A stretch of DNA of 64,000 nucleotides from Nitrospirales bacterium (GTDB lineage Bacteria; Nitrospirota; Nitrospiria; Nitrospirales; UBA8639). A program made the translations under genes and the position numbers. Of this stretch, positions 1 through 10,939 are shown piece by piece (position 1 is the first letter of the stretch; every line of letters starts with the position of its first letter). The notes beneath the pieces are model-generated. The model did no database searches and was not told the origin of the DNA. It worked only from the letters and a program-made list of their open reading frames with translations. Location of the stretch: assembly GCA_963555755.3 (NCBI GenBank), contig OY820905.2:2368001-2432000 (forward strand), given 5' to 3'.

Positions 1-384
1 AGAGTGGGTCCATAAGCCTCTCACTTCACTTTCGTAATCCGCCACGTTAAACACCCCCGATTGCACAGACAAGGAAAACGCGGTTCCCGCCACGTTGTTT
101 AATCCAAGCCATGCAATGGCCTGCTGTAAGGATTCAATGTGTCGTTGAGGCCCTAAGGCTGCCGAATTGGCGATCTGAAAAATTCTGGCCGCTAAGACAG
201 GGTCTTGTTGAATAAGAGCGCTGAGTTGAGCCGCATTCGTGTCAGAGTCCGTGGTGAGTGAAAGCACTTGACTAGCCACCTGGGGGAGCGGCGGAAGATC
301 AAACTCTTTTTTCTCCAGTTTCTCCAAAATAGGAAGCAAAAGTTCTTCCAACGATTCGTGAAGATCACCAGGGCAGGATTCCAT
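1..384 (-). CDS. HDOD domain protein (runs off window edge)
   Basis: Manual translation: MESCPGDLHESLEELL...LPPLPQVASQVL...IQQDPVLAARIFQIANSAALG...IESLQQAIAWLG...LWTHS; typical HDOD motifs; absent from ORF track because it is truncated. Confidence 0.85.
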   Translation of the reverse strand, partial: MESCPGDLHESLEELLLPILEKLEKKEFDLPPLPQVASQVLSLTTDSDTNAAQLSALIQQDPVLAARIFQIANSAALGPQRHIESLQQAIAWLGLNNVAGTAFSLSVQSGVFNVADYESEVRGLWTHS

Positions 385-687
385 CGTTGTATCTGGAAGA
401 TACCGAGAAAAGAAAAAGCTTTTCTGGGCTTTCCGAACTGGCCTCTCTAGCTAAATACCACCAATAGGATTGATCGTTTATGGCCTGTGGTCAACAAAGT
501 GTGTCTTCGATGGCCCAATGTAAAAATCGGAAATATGGGGAGTTTCATTAATAAGGACATAACCACTGTCAGCAGGATAACAGTCATTATTAAAGAGGAA
601 AAGTGCCTCTAGAATATTTGCACTTAGTGCAATCTCCCTAATAATTAACCTAGACCCCAAACAGCTGAACGATGAGGACCATCTCAA

Positions 688-828
688 GGGCACCTCTAAA
701 AACCGTCCTTTTCCGTGATGGCGGCGTCAGCCGCGTGCTCACATCCTCATGTATTCGCCCATACACTCCGGTTTTCCGCGCGCGGCTTCCTTGCCCTCAC
801 AAAAAATGCCGGGTTTGTAGAGGTGCCC
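688..828. mobile_element. MITE family A
   Basis: TIRs GGGCACCTCTAAAAACC / GGTTTGTAGAGGTGCCC, 4-bp TSD TCAA; other copies at 3156, 9584, 32887. Confidence 0.9.
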
Positions 829-925
829 TCAAGATTATTGATGATCTGGCTGCATTAACAAAAGGGAAGAAGAGAACACAATCGTACGGGAGGGTTCAAA
901 GGTAAAGACGTGATCCTGAAGAAGG

Positions 926-1816
926 CTATTTGCGGCGTCTCACAATATACTGCGCAATTCCGCGCAACGGATCAGCCTTGTCATCAAAACTGCTGAGACG
1001 GCCAATGGCACGGCCGGCACATTCTTGGGCGAGTTTCTTGGCGCCCTCCAGGCCATAAAATGATGGGTAGGTTTGCTTGCCCCGTTCCGCATCGGTGTTG
1101 GCATCTTTGCCGAGTTCCTCACGCGTGCCGGTCACATTCAACACATCATCGGCAATTTGAAAGGCCAAGCCAATGTCTTCAGCATAACCCGTCAGTTGTT
1201 CAAACTGCGTTAGACTGGCGCCGGATAACAGGGCGCCGGCTCGCACCGAGGCCCGAATAAGCTTGCCGGTTTTATGCGCATGAATATTCTGCAATTCCGC
1301 GAGTTCAACCTGTTGATTCTCGGCCTGGATATCCAACACTTGCCCGCCCACCATGCCTTGATTGCCCGACCCAACCGCAAGTTCCGCTATAATTTGAATC
1401 TGCACAAATGGCTCAATATCATTGACTAAATCAGCTCGGCTGCACCATTCAAAGGCCATTGTTTGCAACCCATCGCCTGCTAAAATCGCCATCCCGTCGC
1501 CATAGACTTTATGATTGGTCGGTTTCCCACGCCGAAAATCATCGTTATCCATCGCTGGCAAATCATCATGAATCAGCGAATAGGTGTGGATAAACTCAAA
1601 GGCACAGGCCACAGGAAGCAGTGAGCCGGGAGGAGACCCAATTGCCTCGGCAGCAGCAATCGTGAGGATGGGACGAATGCGTTTTCCGCCGGCCAGTAAG
1701 CTATAGCGAATGGCTTCGTGTAACACGGCCGGTGAAGTCCCTTCTGGTGGAAGGTGGGCTTCTAGATACCGGTCAACGAGTTGCCGTTTTTCTTCGAGAT
1801 ATTTCTCAATATCCAC
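926..1816 (-). CDS. ispA: Farnesyl/geranylgeranyl diphosphate synthase
   Basis: GGKRIRP, LIHDDLPAMDNDDFRRGKPT, KTGKL, FQIADDVL motifs. Confidence 0.93.
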   Translation of the reverse strand: MDIEKYLEEKRQLVDRYLEAHLPPEGTSPAVLHEAIRYSLLAGGKRIRPILTIAAAEAIGSPPGSLLPVACAFEFIHTYSLIHDDLPAMDNDDFRRGKPTNHKVYGDGMAILAGDGLQTMAFEWCSRADLVNDIEPFVQIQIIAELAVGSGNQGMVGGQVLDIQAENQQVELAELQNIHAHKTGKLIRASVRAGALLSGASLTQFEQLTGYAEDIGLAFQIADDVLNVTGTREELGKDANTDAERGKQTYPSFYGLEGAKKLAQECAGRAIGRLSSFDDKADPLRGIAQYIVRRRK

Positions 1817-1933
1817 GGACAGGGAAGGCCTTTCTCGGAAGATTTTTCGCGGATCGAGAAACTAACAAAGGGATGGGGGGGTGTCAAACAAAGTATAAGC
1901 GCGAACCCTTAGTGGAAAAGGATTTTTTATATT

Positions 1934-2252
1934 GTGGGGTTTCGTCCCCGCGCGACGAGGCACTTTTGTTTCGGCAAAAGGACCCAAAACCATTTCTGCC
2001 TGTGCGTGGCTCCTCTGGAGAAACTTCGCTGCCATGCCGAATTATATGGCTCGGAAACTCGCTTTAGGGATCGTTGAAAAAGTCCGCCAGCAAGGCCGCA
2101 GGCAGCGAGAAACCCGAGGCGTACGGCGTGAGTACGTTGAGGGTTTCGAGCAACGAGAACGCCGCTGGCGGATTTTTTCAACGATCCCTTCCGCTCAAAC
2201 AGTCCTCGCCGAACAGTCGAATTCGGCATGGCAGCGAAGCCGCGCCCAACGC
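1934..2252 (+). repeat. Repeat family E (hairpin-rich, no TIR) with a family C MITE inserted at 2067-2188
   Basis: GGGGTTTCGTCCCCGCGCGACGAGG..CTTTTGTTTCGGCAAAAGGACCCAAAACCATTTC head shared with copies at 2888, 32809, 46089, 46938; inner GGGATCGTTGAAAAA...TTTTTCAACGATCCC. Confidence 0.85.
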
Positions 2253-2419
2253 AGGAGATCGGAAAACGCACAAAACAACACGAGCCCACGCGTTCCGTTT
2301 GTCTTTTCGAACGGAGTGAGAAGATTCGCCTACCGTCCTCCAATCTTGCTAGACCAGGGTTGAAAGCGTACTCTCCCTTCAGGATAATTTGGAACCACCA
2401 TTAACCCATAAGGGGATTC

Positions 2420-2635
2420 ATGATGAAATCGGACTATACAGCCATCGTCAAGCAGGCGGGAGACTGGTGGATTGGATGGGTTGAAGAAGTACCAGGGGTC
2501 AATTGCCAGGAACCTACACGCGAGGCTCTGATGGAAAGCCTTCGGGTCACACTCCGAGAAGCATTGGAAATCAACCGACAAGAAGCCTTAGGAGCAGCAG
2601 GAACCGATTTTCATGAAGAACCACTTGCGATATAA
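2420..2635 (+). CDS. hicB: HicB family antitoxin
   Basis: YTAIVKQAGDWWIGWVEEVPGVNCQEPTREALMESL resembles short HicB; directly upstream of a HicA-like ORF. Confidence 0.85.
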   Translation: MMKSDYTAIVKQAGDWWIGWVEEVPGVNCQEPTREALMESLRVTLREALEINRQEALGAAGTDFHEEPLAI

Positions 2636-2820
2636 AACGCCAGACACTCTTGCGGCACCTCCGCGAGAACGGTTGCGAATTACTCCGTGAAGGTGCCCGA
2701 CATTCCTGGTGGCACCATCCTACCCTCAATACACGTTCTGCTATTCCCCGTCATAACGAAATACAAGACATCTTGGCCAAGAAAATTTGCAAAGACCTTG
2801 GCGTGAATCCACCTCAGTAA
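2632..2820 (+). pseudogene. hicA: HicA family mRNA interferase toxin, start codon ATA instead of ATG
   Basis: Open frame (I)KRQTLLRHLRENGCELLREGARHSWWHHPTLNTRSAIPRHNEIQDILAKKICKDLGVNPPQ; begins ATA overlapping the hicB stop TAA. Confidence 0.8.
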
Positions 2821-2887
2821 TCCCCTAGGCGTGACGCTTCAACGCATAGGGTTGAAAACGGGAATCCTGTTGTTGATTTTTTATATT

Positions 2888-3101
2888 GCGGGGTTTCGTC
2901 CCCGCGCGACGAGTCCCTTTTGTTTCGGCTAAAGGGACCAAAACCATTTCTGCCTGTGCGCAGCCCTGCGGGTCCCTCCGCCTCCGCCCCGAATAAGATG
3001 GCTCGGAAACTCGCGGAGTCTATCCTGAGCCTGGTCGAAGGACTCCGACAGTCTTCGCCAAAGGGGTCGATTCGGGAAAGAAACTCCGCCGCGCCCAACG
3101 C
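2888..3101 (+). repeat. Repeat family E with inserted REP hairpin (TCCTGAGCCTGGTCGAAGGA)
   Basis: Same head and GCCGCGCCCAACGC tail as the other E copies. Confidence 0.85.
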
Positions 3102-3110
3102 ATCCCATTT

Positions 3111-3325
3111 GTCATTTCGAGTCTTACGAGAAATCTTGCGCGGTGCCGAACTACAGGGCACCTCTAAAAACCGTCCTTTTCCGTGATGGCGGCGTCAGCT
3201 GCGTGCTCAAATCCTCATGTATTCGCCCATACATTCCGGTTTTCCGCGCGCGCCTTCCTTGCCCTCACATAAAATGCCTGGTTTTTAGAGGTACCCTACA
3301 GATTTCTCCTGGGGGTCGAAATGAC
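3111..3325. repeat. REP-like doublet family F (GTCATTTCGA..GAGAAATCT / AGATTTCTC..TCGAAATGAC) interrupted by MITE A
   Basis: Inverted arms; uninterrupted counterpart at 50949-51018. Confidence 0.85.
3156..3296. mobile_element. MITE family A
   Basis: TIRs as at 688, TSD TACA; empty site GCCGAACTACAGATTTC seen near 50983. Confidence 0.9.
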
Positions 3326-3555
3326 AGAAGAAAAGTGAAAAGCATCACACCAGTTTGGTGGGGGGCGCGTGAACCGGAATACTTTGAAAATTTAAAAAAT
3401 GGATTTTTCTTACGCCGCGCGGGGCGACACCCCGCATAATAAAAACTATCCCAACCCTGAACCACACAACTCTGAACTCGTGAGACCATTCAAGCTGCCT
3501 TTGGACAGGAAATCCTATGGTTATATTTTGCACGTGTTTTGCTACAATAGATGGT

Positions 3556-3741
3556 ATGGTAGAAAAGGTTGTCAGAAAAGTTCCTCTGAACCAATCTTCG
3601 ATTAGGGAAGACCTTGCCTTCTGGTTAGGGAAGGTTCCAGAGGAACGTCTTGCGGCTATTGAGCGGCTAAGAAAACAAATCGATGGAAGCACAGTCAGAC
3701 TTCAAAGAGTTGCTCGCGTTATTCAACGCCCATCAGGTTGA
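3556..3741 (+). CDS. Small hypothetical protein, partner of a nucleotidyltransferase
   Basis: DLAFWLGKVPEERLAAIERLR; overlaps the downstream NTase-like start, a common two-gene arrangement. Confidence 0.6.
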   Translation: MVEKVVRKVPLNQSSIREDLAFWLGKVPEERLAAIERLRKQIDGSTVRLQRVARVIQRPSG

Positions 3742-3762
3742 GTACATGATTGTGGGGGCTGG
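3683..3762 (+). pseudogene. Truncated nucleotidyltransferase-like gene
   Basis: MEAQSDFKELLALFNAHQVEYMIVGA resembles an NTase N-terminus, then the frame runs into family F repeats. Confidence 0.6.
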
Positions 3763-3789
3763 CTCAGCCACACCCAAGTCGTTTCTTCC

Positions 3790-3883
3790 GTCATTTCGAG
3801 CGAAGGGAGAAATCTATTCTTCGGTGGGGAATATGTTGGCTGGTGTGAGAAAAGACGAGATTTCTCTCAAGGGTCGAAATGAC
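3790..3883. repeat. REP-like doublet family F
   Basis: GTCATTTCGAGCGAAGGGAGAAATCT ... AGATTTCTCTCAAGGGTCGAAATGAC. Confidence 0.8.
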
Positions 3884-4005
3884 AACAGGAGAAAATTGGA
3901 GTCCCGCTTTCGTAGGAATGACAGGTCAAAAGCCGCAAAGACCTCAGAACGGCCATTTGGCCTCAATTTGTAATTCCCCCAACCCTCCCGCTATACTCCC
4001 GCCCC

Positions 4006-4254
4006 ATGAGTATTCGCCGGGCTGGAGGAGAGTGGGAACCCCTATTGTTGGGCATTGAGCCTGAACATTGCGGGGTGTGCGATCAAGGGCTGTACCGGAA
4101 CACCACCCTGCTCAAAGGGGGCTGGGAACGGTGTTCCCTTTGCGGCAGGTTCGTGCACTATGCCTGTCTCGCAAGCGGGAAGGTTAAATTTTTGAAACGC
4201 CGCCCGCGCGTATGTCTCACCTGCGACCAGTCATCTGATCAACCAACCGGTTGA
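4006..4254 (+). CDS. Small Cys-rich (zinc finger-like) hypothetical protein
   Basis: CGVC, CSLC-x4-H-x2-C, CLTC motifs. Confidence 0.65.
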   Translation: MSIRRAGGEWEPLLLGIEPEHCGVCDQGLYRNTTLLKGGWERCSLCGRFVHYACLASGKVKFLKRRPRVCLTCDQSSDQPTG

Positions 4255-4294
4255 TCAACAAGCCGGAGACCCCATCGTGTCATGAACGCCTCTA

Positions 4295-4607
4295 GGAGCC
4301 TTTCCCAGATTAGCGATCGTAGCGAGGAGGTGCTGGTTTGAGTCAGATGTTTCGATCGTTTGAGGCGAATAGTGGGACTATTCAACGAAAACGGGAAATG
4401 TTCAAAAAGCATGCCCTCGCGGAGGCGGGGGGCCGTCCAGCAAGGCCGCAGGGCTTTTGGCGCGCGGAGCGTACACGGAGTACGTGAGCACGCCAAAAGC
4501 CCGAGAACGCAGCTGGCGGCCTTTTTCAACATTCCCCGAAAAGGATCGGAAGATCTGGCCACACCCAGCACATCCGCAGTAGATTCGGCTAATCTGGGAC
4601 AGGCTCC
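4295..4607. mobile_element. MITE family B carrying family C insert (4393-4537)
   Basis: TIRs GGAGCCT(T/G)TCCCAGATTAG, CTAG flanks; same composite at 13395 and 34134. Confidence 0.9.
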
Positions 4608-4653
4608 TAGCCCTCCAATTTCAGAAAAAGGCAACCGCTTGCCCCTGTCGGCG

Positions 4654-4929
4654 ATGCTCCAGCTAGTCCTGGCCGTTCTCTTATTGACCTGGAGTGGGTT
4701 TTTCACGATGGATTTTTTACTCAGTGGCGTGTTCACCTTTCCTCGAACGAGTCGGGCCTTCACCCTGACGTTTGCGGTGATCATCCTATCCTATGAATTC
4801 ATTTATGAAGAACACCGCACGCGATATTCATCGATAACCGGTATCCCTCCACTGAAAGTCATCTTGTATTCCTGCATGATTCCATATATGGTCGGGAGCT
4901 TGGCGCTGCTGATACTAGCCCTAAGCTAA
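4654..4929 (+). CDS. Small membrane protein
   Basis: Three hydrophobic segments; the 5' extension in the ORF track is MITE-derived. Confidence 0.6.
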   Translation: MLQLVLAVLLLTWSGFFTMDFLLSGVFTFPRTSRAFTLTFAVIILSYEFIYEEHRTRYSSITGIPPLKVILYSCMIPYMVGSLALLILALS

Positions 4930-4971
4930 CGTCGTAGGCCCACATCTGATTCGCACAAAGGAGGCGTGAAC

Positions 4972-5148
4972 ATGAAGAACGTAGAACTGTCCGTGGAAGG
5001 CACGATGCTGACCATCAAAGTCGATCTGTCGAAGGATTTTGGGCCATCTTCATCTGGCAAGACGACCATCATCGCGTCAACAGAGGGAAATGTGAATCTT
5101 CCGGATCGGGAAGAAAAAATCGGCTTGAATATTTACAAGAAGAAGTAG
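4972..5148 (+). CDS. Conserved small hypothetical protein
   Basis: Strong RBS AAGGAGG; LTIKVDLSKDFGPSSSGKTTIIASTEGN; GTG at 4966 is an alternative start. Confidence 0.8.
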   Translation: MKNVELSVEGTMLTIKVDLSKDFGPSSSGKTTIIASTEGNVNLPDREEKIGLNIYKKK

Positions 5149-5155
5149 CGGGCTT

Positions 5156-7663
5156 TCACGCGACCTGATATTCCCTGAGCACTTGTGCGGTCCAGGATTG
5201 CCCGGATTGAATCAAATCGGCAGGTGATCCCACTTCGACCAACTCGCCACCGCCATCCCCTCCCTCAGGCCCGAGGTCAAGAATCCAATCTGCATTCCGA
5301 ATCACATCCAAATTATGCTCGATGACCAAGACCGTATTGCCGGTCTCGACCAGATGATCCAGCACATCCAACAACCGTTGCACATCGGCAAAATGGAGCC
5401 CGGTGGTGGGCTCATCCAAAATGTACATAGTGCGCCCGGTAGCCCGCTTCGACAATTCTCGTGACAGTTTCACCCGCTGTGCCTCGCCGCCTGATAAAGT
5501 CGTGGCGGATTGCCCGAGCTTAATATAGTGCAACCCCACTTCGGCTAAAGTCTGAAGTTTGGTTTTAATCGGTGGAATGTGCTCGAAAAATTCTAACGCT
5601 TCGGCGATCGTCAGATCCAACACCTGTGCGATATTTTTCCCCTTGTGTTTCACATCGAGCGTCTCTCGATTATAACGCTGCCCTTTGCACACCTCGCAGG
5701 TCACATACACATCGGGAAGGAAGTGCATTTCGATTTTGATCAAGCCACCGCCCTGGCAGGCCTCGCATCGCCCGCCTTTGACATTGAAACTATACCGACC
5801 GGGTTTGTAGCCTCGCACGCGCGATTCGGGCAAACCCGCAAACAGGTCTCGAATAAACGTAAACAGGCCTGTGTACGTCGCGGGATTCGAGCGTGGCGTT
5901 CGGCCAATCGGCGATTGATCAATATCGATTACCTTATCGAGCGCCTCCGCGCCCTTGATAGCTTGACACCCTTCGATCTTGGGTATCTTCTGATACAACA
6001 GTTGCGACAACGACGGGAACAAGACCTCTAAGACCAACGTGCTTTTACCGGAGCCCGACACCCCGGTGATACACGTCAACAACCCCAGAGGGATCTTGGC
6101 GGTCAGCATTTTTAAATTGTGTTTGTTCGCCTTCTCGACAATCAAAAACCCACTGGGCTCCCTTGTCCGGGGGGGCAAGATCACCTCGCGTGCCCGTCGA
6201 AGGTACTGACCGGTTAACGACTCTGGGTTCCGGATGACCTCGGCCGGCGTACCTTGAGCCACAACATATCCACCATGGATTCCCGCACCAGGCCCCATAT
6301 CCACGAGGTGATCCGCGGCCAAAATGGTCTCGGCATCATGCTCGACAACCACAACCGTGTTCCCCATATCGCGGAGCCGAAGCAGGGTTTGCAGCAACCG
6401 GCGATTATCCCGTTGATGCAGGCCAATACTCGGCTCATCCAAAATGTACAACACGCCCACGAGGCCCGACCCGATTTGCGTGGCCAACCGAATCCGTTGA
6501 CCTTCCCCTCCTGAAAGAGTCGCGGCTGCCCGATCTAACGTCAGATAGTCCAACCCCACATTCAGCAAAAATTCCAACCGTTCACGAATCTCTTTGAGAA
6601 TACGTTGTCCGATGAGTCGTTCCCGCTCAGTCAACTCCAGCAATTCAAAGAACCCAGCGGCATCACGAATGGAAAACTTCGTGAGGTCGGCAATGGACTT
6701 GGCCCCAACCTTGACCGCAAGACTCTCGGATTTCAGGCGAGCACCTTGGCATCCCGGGCACGTATTGTCCTCGGAATAATTCTGACCCTCCGGACATCCG
6801 GACACTATAAACCCAATGCCATCACACGACGGGCAAGCCCCGTGAGGGCTATTAAAGGAAAACACGCGTGGGGTGATTTCGGGATAGCTCACCCCACAGG
6901 TGATACAGGCCAGCTTTTCGCTGTAGAGCGCTAGGGCACCATCGTCGGTGAGAATCCCGACCAATCCCTGAGCCAGCTTTAACGCGGTATCGACGGAATC
7001 GGCTAACCGGCGCCGCAACGATTCCTCTTCTTTCATCATAAGGCGATCGACAATAATCTCAATGGTATGCTTGCGTTGCTTTTCCAGCGAGATAGTCTCA
7101 CCGAGATCAAAGATCTTGCCATCCACACGGGCACGAACAAATCCCGCACGACGCGCGGCCAACAGTTCTTTTCGGTATTCGCCTTTCCGCCCGCGCACAA
7201 TCGGCGCTAACACCTGAAACTTCGCCCCGACGGGAAGCCTTTGAATAGCATCGACCATTTGCTGGACCGTTTGCGCGGTAATCGGCTCACCGCAACTGAC
7301 ACAAGAGGGCCGTCCGACTCGGGCAAAGAGCAAGCGCAGATAGTCGTAAATTTCCGTGACCGTGCCAACGGTTGACCGCGGATTATGGCTGGTACTTTTT
7401 TGTTCGATGGAAATGGCCGGAGATAGCCCCTCAATGGAATCCACATCGGGCTTGCCCATTTGTTCCAGAAACTGGCGCGCGTAAGCAGACAACGACTCGA
7501 CATATCGCCGCTGACCTTCGGCATAGATGGTGTCAAACGCGAGGGAGGACTTCCCCGACCCGCTAAGACCCGTAATCACCACCAGTTGATCACGCGGGAT
7601 CACGACATCAAGATTCTTCAGATTGTGCTCGCGGGCGCCTTTAATGTGGATGACTTGGTTCAT
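5156..7663 (-). CDS. uvrA: Excinuclease ABC subunit A
   Basis: [18 protein letters not shown], two LSGGE signatures, zinc fingers. Confidence 0.97.
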   Translation of the reverse strand: MNQVIHIKGAREHNLKNLDVVIPRDQLVVITGLSGSGKSSLAFDTIYAEGQRRYVESLSAYARQFLEQMGKPDVDSIEGLSPAISIEQKSTSHNPRSTVGTVTEIYDYLRLLFARVGRPSCVSCGEPITAQTVQQMVDAIQRLPVGAKFQVLAPIVRGRKGEYRKELLAARRAGFVRARVDGKIFDLGETISLEKQRKHTIEIIVDRLMMKEEESLRRRLADSVDTALKLAQGLVGILTDDGALALYSEKLACITCGVSYPEITPRVFSFNSPHGACPSCDGIGFIVSGCPEGQNYSEDNTCPGCQGARLKSESLAVKVGAKSIADLTKFSIRDAAGFFELLELTERERLIGQRILKEIRERLEFLLNVGLDYLTLDRAAATLSGGEGQRIRLATQIGSGLVGVLYILDEPSIGLHQRDNRRLLQTLLRLRDMGNTVVVVEHDAETILAADHLVDMGPGAGIHGGYVVAQGTPAEVIRNPESLTGQYLRRAREVILPPRTREPSGFLIVEKANKHNLKMLTAKIPLGLLTCITGVSGSGKSTLVLEVLFPSLSQLLYQKIPKIEGCQAIKGAEALDKVIDIDQSPIGRTPRSNPATYTGLFTFIRDLFAGLPESRVRGYKPGRYSFNVKGGRCEACQGGGLIKIEMHFLPDVYVTCEVCKGQRYNRETLDVKHKGKNIAQVLDLTIAEALEFFEHIPPIKTKLQTLAEVGLHYIKLGQSATTLSGGEAQRVKLSRELSKRATGRTMYILDEPTTGLHFADVQRLLDVLDHLVETGNTVLVIEHNLDVIRNADWILDLGPEGGDGGGELVEVGSPADLIQSGQSWTAQVLREYQVA

Positions 7664-7835
7664 TTGGATGTGTAGCTTTCTGCGTTTCAACCAGCGAGAA
7701 TATCGCAAAGGACACGCCGCCGCAATTTGATTATGGAAAACCCCTCAGTTACAATCAGCACAGAAGGCATTTTTCTACAAATCCAGCCCCCCCGGCAACG
7801 ATGACACGTCAATAGACCTTGTGAAGGAGGTTTTC

Positions 7836-8393
7836 ATGCGCATCAAGGCCCTTATGGCATTGAGTTTAACCCTGGCACTTTTTCTACCACTCGCGGTCAC
7901 AGATGCCATGGCCAAAAAATACGAATTGACCCGAAATAGCGTCTCCAAACCCGAAGAGGTGGATTACAAAGACATCTCGTTATATCGCGTCAAATTGGGT
8001 GATTCAGAAATAGACGCCCACGAGAGGCTCATGAACCATAAAATTCCTGGGATTCGGGTTGAGGAAGTTGGTCGATTTATCACCATGTGGGATCAACACA
8101 ATCCCACCGCGGTCATGGCTGGCGTCCAGATTACCGATGGCAAAGTGGACCTGATCTTCATCAACAACCGGTTCTCTCACAAAACACGCGGCATTTTTCG
8201 TCGGGTTCTCACCAGCGAAACCGTCAAAGAAATCCGCGACCTCATGGGCCCTGAAGAATACGGGGAAGAAAATCTCATGGGTGCACGGCTGTGTTTCGAG
8301 AAGCAAGGGTTTATCATTAGCCACCTGGGCCGTGACGTCAATGTCCTCTTCACCGTACCGGGGGCGATTTCCCAAGAGTGCTACACGTTTTAA
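7836..8393 (+). CDS. Exported hypothetical protein
   Basis: RBS AAGGAGG, signal peptide ending AMA. Confidence 0.75.
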   Translation: MRIKALMALSLTLALFLPLAVTDAMAKKYELTRNSVSKPEEVDYKDISLYRVKLGDSEIDAHERLMNHKIPGIRVEEVGRFITMWDQHNPTAVMAGVQITDGKVDLIFINNRFSHKTRGIFRRVLTSETVKEIRDLMGPEEYGEENLMGARLCFEKQGFIISHLGRDVNVLFTVPGAISQECYTF

Positions 8394-8489
8394 TTCTGTC
8401 ACGTCGAAGGGGTTGGGCTGGCCACGAAACCCTGCCCTTTCCTCTATCCTAAAACCTCAGTAGGCGTCGCCCCTCATTTCACGCATGCC

Positions 8490-9494
8490 ATGGAAGACCG
8501 CTTGGTCGCCGATCATCCCCTAGACGAAGAGCAAAACAGCGAAGGCTCTCTTCGTCCACAAACCCTTGACGAATACATTGGCCAAGAGCGGATGAAAGAA
8601 TCCCTCAGGGTCTGCATCGAAGCCGCCATACGACGCGTCGAACCCTTAGACCACGCCATTTTTTACGGACCTCCTGGGCTCGGCAAAACCACCATCGCGC
8701 ATATCATCGCCAAAGAAATGGGCGGGACGATTAGACCAACATCGGGACTCGTGCTCAACCATGCCGGAGATCTTGCGGCCATTCTCACCAACTTGCAAAT
8801 GCACGATGTCCTCTTCATCGATGAGATCCATCGCCTGCCGCCAAGCGTCGAAGAAGCCCTCTATCCGGCCATGGAAGATTTTCAAATCGATCTCGTGATT
8901 GGACAGGGACCGGCCACCCGAACCATGAAACTCGACTTGCCCCCATTCACCTTAGTCGGAGCCACCACCAAAGCTGGGTCACTGACCTCACCGCTTCGTG
9001 AACGATTCGGGCTGGTCTATCGGCTTGATTTTTATACGCCGGAAGAGTTGGACATCATCGTCAATCGCTCGGCAGGGCTTTTAAATATTGCGATTGAACC
9101 TGGCGGAGCGACCGAGATCGGTCAACGCGCCCGTGGCACCCCACGCATTGCCAACCGGCTCCTCAGACGAGTGAGGGATTTCGCAGAAGTCAAAGCCGAT
9201 GGTGTGATCACGCACAAAGTAGCGAAGGATGCACTACAATGGCTCGGCGTGGATAGCGCAGGCTTCGACGAGATGGATCGCAAAATCCTGCTCACAATTC
9301 TGGATAAATTCAACGGCGGCCCAGTCGGCGTCGAAGCCCTCGCCGCCGCCGTGCAAGAAGAAAAAGCCACACTCGAAGACGTGTACGAACCCTTCCTCCT
9401 CCAATCCGGCTACCTCGACCGCACCGCCCGCGGCCGCCAAGTGACAGCCAAGGCGTTTCAGCACTTCGGCAAAACCAAAGATTTGTTTGGGTAA
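8490..9494 (+). CDS. ruvB: Holliday junction branch migration helicase RuvB
   Basis: [40 protein letters not shown]. Confidence 0.98.
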   Translation: MEDRLVADHPLDEEQNSEGSLRPQTLDEYIGQERMKESLRVCIEAAIRRVEPLDHAIFYGPPGLGKTTIAHIIAKEMGGTIRPTSGLVLNHAGDLAAILTNLQMHDVLFIDEIHRLPPSVEEALYPAMEDFQIDLVIGQGPATRTMKLDLPPFTLVGATTKAGSLTSPLRERFGLVYRLDFYTPEELDIIVNRSAGLLNIAIEPGGATEIGQRARGTPRIANRLLRRVRDFAEVKADGVITHKVAKDALQWLGVDSAGFDEMDRKILLTILDKFNGGPVGVEALAAAVQEEKATLEDVYEPFLLQSGYLDRTARGRQVTAKAFQHFGKTKDLFG

Positions 9495-9516
9495 GGGTCG
9501 GCTTTTTTTCAATTTT

Positions 9517-9552
9517 CCCTCGCCCCTGAGGGGAGAGGGTAGGGTGAGGGGT
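9517..9552. repeat. CCCTCGCCCC..GGGAGAGGG..GGGTGAGGGG palindromic repeat
   Basis: Related copies at 13717-13741 and 33233-33270. Confidence 0.65.
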
Positions 9553-9583
9553 TTCTTCTCTGCACTTGGTTCAATCATGTTAA

Positions 9584-9642
9584 GGGTACCTCTAAAAACC
9601 AGGCATGTTATGTGAGGGCAAGGACGGTTTTTAGAGGTGCCC
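9584..9642. mobile_element. Internally deleted MITE family A (59 bp)
   Basis: Both TIRs intact, TSD TTAA. Confidence 0.85.
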
Positions 9643-9647
9643 TTAAA

Positions 9648-9810
9648 CCTAGAAACAGCAATTGGATCACAAAAGTCCGCGCAAGCTCTTGGCGCACCTG
9701 ATAAAATACAAAAATGTCTTATCACCACCGAGGTGACTACGACTTTTTGTATTTCACCATGCACACCAATATCTTACACGGCTTTTTTGCGCCCAACTGC
9801 CGTTTCTAGG
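9648..9810. mobile_element. MITE family G
   Basis: TIRs CCTAGAAACAGCAATTGG / CCAACTGCCGTTTCTAGG, 5-bp TSD TTAAA; second copy at 34051-34466. Confidence 0.85.
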
Positions 9811-10046
9811 TTAAATTAAATGCGTGTTTTCGCCCCCGCACGACGAGGGCCTTTTGTTTCGGCAAAAGGACTCAAAACCATTTGACGAGTTTCACCGCTG
9901 TCTTACGTGACGTATAGGGGCGTGGCACGAACATCCTAGGCCGGGAGGAGCCTTCAGGCTCCCCCGGCTTTTGCTTGTAGCCGGTTTGGACAGAGAAAAA
10001 GGGGACAGATATATTCTTTGGCTCGTTTCTGCTATCCTGCGGTGCT

Positions 10047-10705
10047 ATGCCCCGTACCGCCCGAATCATTCTCCCGAACGTCCCGCATCATGTGATTCAC
10101 CGGAGGCATAATCCGCAGATGGTGTTTGCAGGTGACGACGGTTATCAGTACTCCCTCAATAATCTGTGGGAATGGAAAGCGAAACTGGGCTGTTGTGTCT
10201 ACGCCTACTGTTTGATGACCAACCACGTGCACCTCGTCGTGGATCCTGGGCGAAAACCCACGCGCTTAAGCTGACGCATGAAACCTGTGGCCGGACGGCC
10301 AACGAGGTATGTGACTGCCCTCGAACACCGCAATGGGACCTTGTGGGAAGGGCAGTTTCAATCGAGTCCGATTCAACGAGATGCCTATCTTTTTGCCTGT
10401 TGCCGCTCTATTGAACTCAATCCGGTGCGGGCGTGCTTGGTGGCGTCGCCGCGGGACTACCGCTGGTAGAGTTTCGGAGCAAGGCAGAGTAGGAGGCACA
10501 GAGCCGAGTGGCTCTGGACGAGGGATATTGTAGCTTGGGCGCGACGCCGCAGGAGCGGACGACGCGCTACCGGACGTGGGTTCGGGAAGCCATCTCGGAG
10601 GGGGAATGGGAGGACATGCAGCCACAGGCCATTAACCGGGGGCAAGGAATGGGCAGGGATCGGTTTGTGGGGGAAGTGGCAAAAAAGATAGGCCGGCGGA
10701 TAGAG
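10047..10705 (+). pseudogene. REP-associated tyrosine transposase (RAYT/Y1 HUH), disrupted
   Basis: MPRTARIILPNVPHHVIHRRHN, AYCLMTNHVHL, GTLWEGQF, IELNPVRA..DYRW; internal stops at 10272 and 10467. Confidence 0.85.
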
Positions 10706-10865
10706 CGCAGGCTCTCGCGGTACGTCAGCGGGGCGAACGCCATCACGAGATATTGGTCGAGACACCGGAACTGCTTGACATACCGTTCGCCTTGATAGCG
10801 AGCCACATACCTCCTGAAGGTATGGAGTGGCAGGTAATCCATGACCTGCGAAAAACGAGGTTGTC
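10705..10865 (-). pseudogene. IS4-family transposase N-terminal fragment (DUF4372-like)
   Basis: MDYLPLHTFRRYVARYQGERYVKQFRCLDQYLVMAFAPLTYRESLR. Confidence 0.75.
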
Positions 10866-10939
10866 TATATGGGCCTGTTGAATGTTTTCATGCCCAGATC
10901 CCATAAATGCGCCAGGAAATGCGACCAACATCAGTGAGA

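Noticed and set aside
1732..2363. Several overlapping 80-140 aa ORFs
   Set aside because: They translate repeat E and MITE C; the same peptides recur wherever the repeats occur (also 2814-3439, 4239-4784, 32882-33350, 46075-46284, 50627-50962)
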